Shown: positions 9,234-16,638 of the stretch, in pieces
Position numbering within the stretch: the first letter of the stretch is position 1
How the letters are laid out: every line of letters begins with the position of its first letter
From: Verrucomicrobiales bacterium
GTDB lineage: Bacteria > Verrucomicrobiota > Verrucomicrobiia > Verrucomicrobiales > DEV007
Direction: 5' to 3'
Assembly: GCA_029213065.1 (NCBI GenBank)
Contig: JARGPH010000014.1
Coordinates: 89,965-129,964, forward strand
DNA: 40,000 bases
Position numbers and translations under genes: made by a program
The notes under the pieces: model-generated
What the model saw: the letters and a program-made list of their open reading frames with translations, nothing else
What the model was told of the DNA's origin: nothing
The model's database searches: none

Positions 9234-10175
9234 TTATTTATTGAGGTATTTATCGACGTTCTCGCTCGTGACCGGGATAAGTTCGCGATAGACACGTGCA
9301 TCGACGGGCTCCCCGTTCGCGAGTTTCTGAACAAAGCCGAAGACCTCCTTCGCGACGTCCCCGGCGGTTCCGGTGACAGTGACGCTCATACGCACGGCCT
9401 CATTGTTTTTGATGGCCTGCAGTTCCGGCTGGGTGGCATCCACCGCAAAGACACCGAAGTCGGGTCCGACTTTCCCTGCTGCTTTAGCTGCTTCGTTAGC
9501 ACCCACGGACCCGCCACCGCCGATGCATGCGACCACTTTTACATTGGGATTGGATTGGAAGATGGTTTCCATCTTGGTGATGCCTTCGTCAGGATTGATC
9601 GCGCTGGTTTCCGCGACGATTTTCGCATCGGGGGCAAGCTCGGTGATCGCTTCACGAATTCCGTTTCCGCGAGCCAGGAGGACGGGGAGCTGGGGGTAAT
9701 TGAGAATCGCGACTTCCGCGGTGCCGCCGTGTTTCGAATTGATAAACTCGGCGGCTTCTTTTCCGACTTCGTAGCCGAGGGCCTTGTTGTCGATGAGCCA
9801 GCGCATGTCGGCGTTTTTGATGTCATCGTCCCATGAGATGATTTTCACGCCGGCAGCCATGGCCTGTTTGCAAGCTTGCTCGATCCCGGCCGGGTCTGCG
9901 GGGTGGACGATGATCACCTTCATGCCACGGGCAACGAAGTTTTCGATCTGGGTGATTTGCTTGGAGACGTTACTCTCGCAGGAGACGTAGTTCATCGAAG
10001 CACCGTTGGCCTCGGCTTCTTTCTGGATTGCTTTGCAGTAGCCGGCCCATGTGGGGTTACTGAGGTCCTGGACGGTCATGCCTATCTTCAGCTGGTCGCT
10101 GCTGCCACCGCGATCGCAGGAGGTGAATGAGAGACCTGCGAGTAGAGCAAGGCCTGTGAGGATAAGTTTTTTCAT
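9234..10175 (-). CDS. sugar ABC transporter periplasmic substrate-binding lipoprotein (RbsB-like)
   Basis: 313 aa. Signal peptide with a lipobox-like LSFTSC. Type-I periplasmic binding fold pattern (KIGMTVQDLSNPTW..., VIIVHPADP). Confidence 0.85.
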   Translation of the reverse strand: MKKLILTGLALLAGLSFTSCDRGGSSDQLKIGMTVQDLSNPTWAGYCKAIQKEAEANGASMNYVSCESNVSKQITQIENFVARGMKVIIVHPADPAGIEQACKQAMAAGVKIISWDDDIKNADMRWLIDNKALGYEVGKEAAEFINSKHGGTAEVAILNYPQLPVLLARGNGIREAITELAPDAKIVAETSAINPDEGITKMETIFQSNPNVKVVACIGGGGSVGANEAAKAAGKVGPDFGVFAVDATQPELQAIKNNEAVRMSVTVTGTAGDVAKEVFGFVQKLANGEPVDARVYRELIPVTSENVDKYLNK

Positions 10176-10259
10176 AGTGTATTAGGGTTTTGAGGGGGTG
10201 TTTTATTGAGAAGAAGAGAATGTCATTTTTGGAGTGAAAGGGGAAGGGGAATCGGATTT

Positions 10260-11165
10260 TCAATCGACCGCCACTTCGGAAATGAAGGAGGGGAGTATCG
10301 GAGTCGCGCCGTAGTTTGCGCATACGAAAGCAGCAACTCGACCGGCAAAAGCATTCACTTCGTAGAGAGGCCATTGTTGCAGCAGCCCTGTGCAGAGAGC
10401 TGCGGTGAACGCATCTCCAGCGCCGACGGAGTCAACGACTTCAACCGGAGTACCCGGACATTCATTATAATCGTCACGGTCGAGGAGGACGCTGCCGTCA
10501 GGTCCGCGGGTGTAGGCAACAAGATCCAGATCAAAGCGCTCGCGAAGGCTGGACAGTTGTTCTACCACTTCACCCTTGAGGTCGAAAAAGTCGGCAAGAA
10601 CCGGAAGCTCTTCGTCACTGAGTTTGAGAATCGTGGCGAGCTGAAGCGATTCTTCGATCAGCTCTTTCGAGAAATAAGGTTTACGTAAATTGACGTCGAG
10701 AATCTTGAGGGAGCCCTCCGGCATTTCTCCGAGGAATTTTCGAATCGTTTCCCGGGTCGTTGTGGAGCGCTGAGAGAGTATCCCGAAGCACGCAGCGTCG
10801 AGAGAGTGAGCGAGAGGTTTCAAATCCGGAGTGAATAAGAGGTGGTCCCACGCGACGTTCTCAATGATTTGATAAGTCAGCTTTTTTTGCTGGTTCAGAG
10901 AGACGACGACTCGTCCTGTTTCCAGAGCTGAGTTTTCCTGCAGGAACCCGGCGTCGATTCCGAGTTGTTCGAGTTGTTCTCGTGTTTTCTGTCCGAGTTG
11001 GTCACCACCGATGCAACTGACAGGATACGAGATGGCTCCGAGCTGGTGACAGTGACAGGCGAAGTTGGTCGGTGCTCCTCCAAGTCTTTTTCCATCCGGA
11101 AAGAGATCCCATAGAATTTCTCCGATTCCCGCGATGGTTGGTTTGGGGTTCCTGTTAGTCTTCAT
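10260..11165 (-). CDS. PfkB-family sugar kinase, fructokinase-like
   Basis: 301 aa. N-terminal GIGEILWDLFPDGKRLGGAPTNFA. C-terminal PfkB signature DSVGAGDAFTAAL. Confidence 0.85.
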   Translation of the reverse strand: MKTNRNPKPTIAGIGEILWDLFPDGKRLGGAPTNFACHCHQLGAISYPVSCIGGDQLGQKTREQLEQLGIDAGFLQENSALETGRVVVSLNQQKKLTYQIIENVAWDHLLFTPDLKPLAHSLDAACFGILSQRSTTTRETIRKFLGEMPEGSLKILDVNLRKPYFSKELIEESLQLATILKLSDEELPVLADFFDLKGEVVEQLSSLRERFDLDLVAYTRGPDGSVLLDRDDYNECPGTPVEVVDSVGAGDAFTAALCTGLLQQWPLYEVNAFAGRVAAFVCANYGATPILPSFISEVAVD

Positions 11166-11230
11166 AAATGATTTCTCTTCAGTGTTGACATCATGTAACC
11201 AAATTGGGATGATTTTGTCTCTAAAAAACC

Positions 11231-11271
11231 TTACAATTGATTGTAGGATACATTACATTTGACTTACATTT
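11231..11271. promoter_or_regulatory. candidate operator cluster: inverted repeat TACAAT-TG-ATTGTA plus phased TTACAWTT boxes
   Basis: The inverted repeat is at 11232-11245. TTACAATT is at 11231, and TTACATTT is at 11253 and 11264 (spacing 22 and 11 nt). The cluster lies in the divergent spacer, immediately upstream of the regulator ATG (11277). Confidence 0.4.
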
Positions 11272-11276
11272 AATTC

Positions 11277-12359
11277 ATGAGTGACTCGCAACCAAAGTAT
11301 TTACAGATTTACAGGGAAGTATTGCGGGAGATCCAAAATCAGCGCTATTTGCCCGGTGATTTGCTTCCTACGGAGAGTGAACTGTGTCAAAAATACGATG
11401 TTTCCCGTCCCACGATTGCGAGGGCGCTCAAGCGGTTGAGCGATGAAAAGCTGGTGAAACGGAGGGCCGGATTCGGCACGCGTGTGCTTGCACCCGGCAA
11501 ATCATCGCTTCTTGCCGGTCTCCTCATTCCGCAAATGTTAGAGACCGAGATTTTCCAGCCAATCAGTGCCAGCATTGCCGAATCGGCCGGGATCGAGGGG
11601 ATGCGGATCATCAGTCCGACAGATCTCAATCACCCGGATGATCTGAAAAAGCGGACCGAATCCCTTGCCGATCAATTGATCGAAGCTCGTGTTCAGGGTG
11701 TTTTCTTTGCTCCGCCTGAACACATCGAAGATTCATCGGAATTGAACCTTAAAATCATCGAGCGCTTCACAGCTGCGGGAATCCACGTCGTCCTTCTCGA
11801 CCGCGATATCTTTCGATGGCCGAAGCAGACGACGTTTGAAATGATTGGAATCGACAACGTCGAAGCGGGCTATCTCGTCGCGACTCATTTGCTAGATCAA
11901 GGATGCAAGCGCCTTGCTTTCGTGACCCGGGGAAATCCCGCTGCGACCGTGTATTTGAGAAAGATGGGTTGTCGCGAAGCATTGACGCAGCGCGGTCTCG
12001 ATCCTGCCGACTTGATCAATTTGGACGACTTGAGTTCGGAGCCCGGAAAAGCTGCCAAAGCGTTGCTTGCCAGTGGTGTCGACGGCGTCATTTGTGCGAA
12101 CGATGCCACTGCGAGCACGCTGTTGAGGAGTTTGCTTGATGCCGGTGCAGAGATTCCGGGGAAGTTAAAAGTATGCGGTTTCGACGATGTTAAATACGCC
12201 TCGCTGCTCAGCGTGCCGCTCACCAGTTATCAGCAGCCCTGTAGGGAGATCGGTAAAGTGGCAGCCGACGTCATGATCCACCGGATTCGAAATCCTCAGG
12301 CACCCGTTTTGCGGATCACCTTGAAGGGAAAGCTGATTGTTCGCGAATCTTCGTCGTAG
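11277..12359 (+). CDS. transcriptional regulator, GntR-type winged HTH fused to LacI/PBP1-type sugar-binding domain (AraR-like architecture)
   Basis: 360 aa. The N-terminus YLQIYREVLREIQNQRYLPGDLLPTESELCQKYDVSRPTIARALKRLSDEKLV is GntR-like. The C-terminal two thirds resemble a LacI-family effector domain (...VDGVICANDATA...VCGFDD...). Confidence 0.8.
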   Translation: MSDSQPKYLQIYREVLREIQNQRYLPGDLLPTESELCQKYDVSRPTIARALKRLSDEKLVKRRAGFGTRVLAPGKSSLLAGLLIPQMLETEIFQPISASIAESAGIEGMRIISPTDLNHPDDLKKRTESLADQLIEARVQGVFFAPPEHIEDSSELNLKIIERFTAAGIHVVLLDRDIFRWPKQTTFEMIGIDNVEAGYLVATHLLDQGCKRLAFVTRGNPAATVYLRKMGCREALTQRGLDPADLINLDDLSSEPGKAAKALLASGVDGVICANDATASTLLRSLLDAGAEIPGKLKVCGFDDVKYASLLSVPLTSYQQPCREIGKVAADVMIHRIRNPQAPVLRITLKGKLIVRESSS

Positions 12360-12376
12360 GGGGGGGAGCGATTCTT

Positions 12377-14404
12377 CTATTTCGTTTTTTCGGGCCAGCT
12401 GATCAGCACTTTCCCAGCTTCGTCAGTCAGTTCCAGATTGGCGATGCGCACTTCACCGGGGCCTCCGGCAGGGTCGAGTCGAAAGCCGAAGAGTGTCTTC
12501 GAGGAATCGATTGCGAGTTCAATATCCTGCCAGGTTCCATCGTTGTGAACTTCGAATGGAATCCGTTCGCCGGCGGGGAGTTTGGTTTTGGCATCGGTTG
12601 TCCAGAAGAGATCTCCGCTTCCCGATGCGCTGCTTTGAATCCGGAATCGCAGGCGATAGGGGCCGCTCTTTTGTAGTTTTGTTAGCTGATCGAAAGCGAG
12701 GCCGGAGTCTTCGCCCTCGCAAGTGATGATCAGCTCGTTGCCCTCGACGCGCAGCCTGGTGTCTTTTCGCGCGCGGATCACCCCGGGCCTTCTTTGGGAT
12801 TGCTTTGGCTTACCGGTGACCCGTTTGCCGCTCGGTCCCAACTTCTGATCGAAAGCGGTCCATTCGGGGTGTTTCATGGATTTTTCGGTCGCTGCTTCCA
12901 TCACCGGTTTGCGTGCCTTCGCGGGAGCGTGGTCCTGCGTTTCGGCGAGTCGATGCCACTCCGCGACCATCCGATTGAGAATCTCAGGGTGGTCGGCAGC
13001 GAGGTTGTTCAACTCGGTGCGGTCTTCGTCGATCTTGTAAAGTTCCCACGGATTGGATCGAAAGCTGACCAGTTTCCACGGGCCTTCACGCAGCCCCCGG
13101 TCATCACCGAAGATAAAATAGATTGGCTCCTCTCGATTCCAGGTTTCATTTTTCAGTAATGGTAGGAATGATTCTCCAGCTATCGGCCGCAGTTCGCGGT
13201 CGGGCCATTCGGAAGCGACGGTTGCCTTTCCGATTTCAGCGATGGTGGGCAGAATGTCGACGAGGTGGGCGGGTTCACGGGTGATACTGCCGGGTTCAGA
13301 TTTGAGGCCGGCGGGCCAGTGAATGATTGCCGGAGTGGCGACACCGCCTTCGTGTTGGTTTTGCTTGTAGTAACGAAAGGGGGAGTTGCGGGCCCATGAC
13401 CAGCCCGTGCTGTCGCTCCAGCTGGTGTCGGGGAGGTAAGGTTCTGCGTCCATGTTGCGACTCGTGCGGTCGTAGGGGCAGGCGCCGTTGTCGGAGACGA
13501 ACATGAGGAGAGTGTTCTCCAATTCCCCGTTGGCTTCGAGGTCGGCGAGGAGTCGACCGATTTCCTGATCAACGCGATCAATCATGCCCGCGAGTGCGGT
13601 CATGCGGCGTGCTTCCCAGTCCTGACGTTCCGGCTCCATTTTATCCCACGCGGGGATGTGGGAGGGACGTGGGCTCGCTTCGGTGCCTTCGCGAAAGAGC
13701 CCTAGCTGTTGCTGCTTTCTAACTCGCGCTTCACGAACGGCGTCCCAACCGGCATCGTAGCGGCCGAGGTATTTTTTGTAGTCGGCCTCGAGCGGTTGCA
13801 GGGGCGCATGAGGCGCGTTGAAAGCGACGTGCAAATACCAGGGGTGATCTGCTTTTTCGCTGCGGGCTTCACTGAGGAATGCGAGTGCGTGGTCGACCAT
13901 TGCCACGGTGGTGTAAAAGCCCTCCCCGGGGACCTCCCAGGGTTCGCCGTTGAGTCGAAAGGTTTTGTCGCCGCGGTAGTAATTGCAGGCCCCGCTGAGG
14001 TGCCCGAAGTAGCGCGCGAAACCAAAGTCGGTCGGTTCCCTGTCGAGGTGCCACTTCCCGCTCATCATGGTGTGGTAGCCTGCGGCGCCGAGTGTTTCAG
14101 CTGTGGTCGTGGCGTGCTTCAAGGTCGTGTCGCCGGCCTGAAAAGCGTATCGCCCCGTGAGCATCGCGATGCGGGAGCTGTGGCATTTTGCGGTGTTGTA
14201 GAACTGGCTGAAGCGCAGGCCCTGTGCGGCGAGACGGTCAATGTTAGGCGTTTCAATTTCGCTTCCGTAGGAGCCGAGGTCAGAGTAGCCGAGATCATCC
14301 ACCATGATGAGGAGCACATTCGGCCGCGTTTCGTCGGCGAAAGTGTCCGCAGCAAAGCCCGGCAAAATGAGAAGTCCGACAAGGAAAAGTAAATTGCGAA
14401 TCAT
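12377..14404 (-). CDS. secreted S1-family sulfatase with extra C-terminal beta-sandwich-like domain
   Basis: 675 aa with a signal peptide. Metal site IMVDDLGYSDLGSYG. Sulfatase signature region AKCHSSRIAMLTGRY. Also GKWHLD. About 170 extra C-terminal residues lie beyond the catalytic core. Confidence 0.85.
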   Translation of the reverse strand: MIRNLLFLVGLLILPGFAADTFADETRPNVLLIMVDDLGYSDLGSYGSEIETPNIDRLAAQGLRFSQFYNTAKCHSSRIAMLTGRYAFQAGDTTLKHATTTAETLGAAGYHTMMSGKWHLDREPTDFGFARYFGHLSGACNYYRGDKTFRLNGEPWEVPGEGFYTTVAMVDHALAFLSEARSEKADHPWYLHVAFNAPHAPLQPLEADYKKYLGRYDAGWDAVREARVRKQQQLGLFREGTEASPRPSHIPAWDKMEPERQDWEARRMTALAGMIDRVDQEIGRLLADLEANGELENTLLMFVSDNGACPYDRTSRNMDAEPYLPDTSWSDSTGWSWARNSPFRYYKQNQHEGGVATPAIIHWPAGLKSEPGSITREPAHLVDILPTIAEIGKATVASEWPDRELRPIAGESFLPLLKNETWNREEPIYFIFGDDRGLREGPWKLVSFRSNPWELYKIDEDRTELNNLAADHPEILNRMVAEWHRLAETQDHAPAKARKPVMEAATEKSMKHPEWTAFDQKLGPSGKRVTGKPKQSQRRPGVIRARKDTRLRVEGNELIITCEGEDSGLAFDQLTKLQKSGPYRLRFRIQSSASGSGDLFWTTDAKTKLPAGERIPFEVHNDGTWQDIELAIDSSKTLFGFRLDPAGGPGEVRIANLELTDEAGKVLISWPEKTK

Positions 14405-14519
14405 TCGGCAAGGTTAGGGCTCAGTGATGACGATGAGCAACCACAAATGCCGTGTCGATCGCGTTTCCTGCCGTCTTCGGCCTTGCTCTTTCCCGCTGCC
14501 TCCGTTTCATTCGCTGGAT

Positions 14520-15293
14520 ATGTCACGAGGCTACGCATTATTTGATCTCGATCACACGATTCTCCCGTTCGATACCCAGGCACTGTTTTGTAATTACGTG
14601 CTGCATCGGGAGGGGTGGCGGCGGATTTATCTCCTCTGGTTCATTCCCTGCCTTCCCCTCGTTGCTTTGAAGATTTTGAATCTCCGCACGATGAAGCGCG
14701 TTTTCGCCAGTTATCTCGTCGGGATGAAGCGCGAAACGCTCATGTCGCATGTGAGCGGTTTCCTTGAGTCAGATTTTCAAGCGGCGCTCTATCCGGCTGT
14801 CGTTGCTGAAATCGAGAGAAACCGGAGCGAAGGGCGTCTCCTTATCCTCAACAGCGCGAGTCCTGAATTTTATCTCGAAGGGATCTCCGATCGACTCGGA
14901 TTTGATCATTTCATCGGAACGGACATGGAGGTGCGGGATAAAATGGCGCTTTTTCCGGCGATCTCGGGTCCGAATAACAAGCACGGGGCGAAAATCACAG
15001 CGATGGAAACGCGCGGGCTCATTCCGGACGATGTCGAGGTCCTCGCCAATTCCTGGGCCTATTCTGACAGTTCGGCTGATATCCCTCTCTTATCGGTTGC
15101 TGAGCATGCTGTGATGATTCACCCGGGGGCAAAGCTCGATGCCGTGGGGATGGAGAAAGGGTGGCGAACGATGACTCCGGCGCGGCCCTATGGCGGGAAG
15201 TGGTCAGGACGCTGGGCCTCTTTATTGCAGTCGATTGGCTGCTACGAAGTCAAACCGGTTAAATCTGACGAACAATCCGTTCGCCCTGCCTGA
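14520..15293 (+). CDS. HAD-IB family hydrolase (phosphoserine-phosphatase-like)
   Basis: I chose the ATG at 14520 (MSRGYALFDLDHTILPFD), which carries the HAD motif I DxDxT. Later SASPEF and YSDSSADIPLL blocks are present. The ORF-track start at 14424 adds a non-conserved-looking extension. Confidence 0.75.
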   Translation: MSRGYALFDLDHTILPFDTQALFCNYVLHREGWRRIYLLWFIPCLPLVALKILNLRTMKRVFASYLVGMKRETLMSHVSGFLESDFQAALYPAVVAEIERNRSEGRLLILNSASPEFYLEGISDRLGFDHFIGTDMEVRDKMALFPAISGPNNKHGAKITAMETRGLIPDDVEVLANSWAYSDSSADIPLLSVAEHAVMIHPGAKLDAVGMEKGWRTMTPARPYGGKWSGRWASLLQSIGCYEVKPVKSDEQSVRPA

Positions 15294-15308
15294 GTAATTC
15301 GAGTAAAA

Positions 15309-16637
15309 GTGGCCATGCCTGAAGAGTTGACCTCCGAGCCAGTCCCGCGCCGATCCTGGGTTTCGCTATTTGCGGTGCTTTTCGTTCAGACGCAGAATTC
15401 CTTTAACGATAATTTCGTGAAGATGGTCCTGATCGGACTGGGGTTGGCGGTTGCGCAGGGCACGATCGTTTTCTCCGTCGATCTCGGTGAGAAGATTCAA
15501 TACATCCTCACGATGTTGATTCCGATCCCTTTTATTCTGGGGGCGCCGGTCGCGGGATGGATTTCGGATCGCTTTTCTAAAAAACAGGTCATCGTTGCGA
15601 GTCTCATTTTTCAGCTCGCGATTTTCATTCTCATTGCCCTCGCGATTATTCAGAAGCAGGTCCTTCTTGCGATTTTCGGGTACTTTCTTCTCGCCGTACA
15701 ATCGACGCTCTTCTCACCGGCAAAGCAGGGGATTCTGAAGGAGTTGGTCGGATCGGCGCGACTGGGGCTCGCCAACGGGCTCATGCAGATGCTCTCGATG
15801 ATCGGAATTCTCGGTGGCATCGGGATTGGCGGCTGGTGGTTCGATAAATTGCTCGCGAACCTGAATGAGACGAACGGCGTCGGAATTGACAATGCCTGGT
15901 CAGCGGCCCTGACGCCGACGATCTGGATCGGGTGCGGTTGTATTGCCCCGCTTCTGATTTCGATGCTGATTCAGAAAACACCGGCTCATCCGGGGAAACG
16001 TTTTGAAGCAGGAGTTTGGTTCCGGCATTTTGAGCACCTCGGGCTCATGTTCAAGCGCAAGGGGCTCCGTCCTGTAGCGATCCGCATCGCGCTCTACTGG
16101 CTCATCGCCAATTTCATCGCCCTCGTCTTTGTCACGATAGGCAAAGAACTGTTCCCGGACGCACAGGAAGGCGGCGCTGCCAGTGCCACTTCGGGGATGA
16201 TGCTTTTTGTGGGCGCCGGCCTTTTTATCGGAAGTATCGTCGTGTCCGTTATCAGTCGTAAGAGAATTCAACTCAAGTTGATCCCGTTGGGAGCGATCGG
16301 AATGGCGCTTGGAATCACCGGCGTGCTTATGTTTGATCCGGCGAGTGATCTCTTTAAGCCAAGCATCGGGTTGATTGGCTTTTTCTCCAGCTTTCTCATC
16401 ATTCCGCTGGCGGCACAATTGCAGGATCTGGCTCCCGAAGATGAGCGTGGACGTATTATTTCGGCATCGAATTTGCTGAACTCCGTGTCAGGCGTCGTGG
16501 CCATACTTGTGTGCAATGGTCTCGATTCGGCAGGGTTCGACTCAACCGGGCAGATGCTGGTGGTATTGCTGGTGACGCTCGGGGTCGTGGTATGGACGAT
16601 TGGTTACTGGCGATCCGGCGCGTCGACGGCTTCCTAG
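15309..16637 (+). CDS. MFS transporter, lysophospholipid transporter (LplT)-like
   Basis: 442 aa with about 12 predicted TM segments. It lies immediately upstream of an Aas-like gene (2-nt spacer), the lplT-aas synteny known from Enterobacteria. The start may be GTG 15309 or ATG 15315. Confidence 0.7.
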   Translation: MAMPEELTSEPVPRRSWVSLFAVLFVQTQNSFNDNFVKMVLIGLGLAVAQGTIVFSVDLGEKIQYILTMLIPIPFILGAPVAGWISDRFSKKQVIVASLIFQLAIFILIALAIIQKQVLLAIFGYFLLAVQSTLFSPAKQGILKELVGSARLGLANGLMQMLSMIGILGGIGIGGWWFDKLLANLNETNGVGIDNAWSAALTPTIWIGCGCIAPLLISMLIQKTPAHPGKRFEAGVWFRHFEHLGLMFKRKGLRPVAIRIALYWLIANFIALVFVTIGKELFPDAQEGGAASATSGMMLFVGAGLFIGSIVVSVISRKRIQLKLIPLGAIGMALGITGVLMFDPASDLFKPSIGLIGFFSSFLIIPLAAQLQDLAPEDERGRIISASNLLNSVSGVVAILVCNGLDSAGFDSTGQMLVVLLVTLGVVVWTIGYWRSGASTAS

Positions 16638-16638
16638 T

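Noticed and set aside
9209-9334. N-terminal extensions given by the ORF track (7733-9334, 36546-37565, 37348-38370, 14424-15293, 16600-18471)
   Set aside because: The extensions overlap the upstream gene or lack family-conserved sequence. Internal ATGs at 9208, 37343, 38265, 14520 and 16639 begin exactly at the conserved N-termini and give compact, non-overlapping operon junctions.
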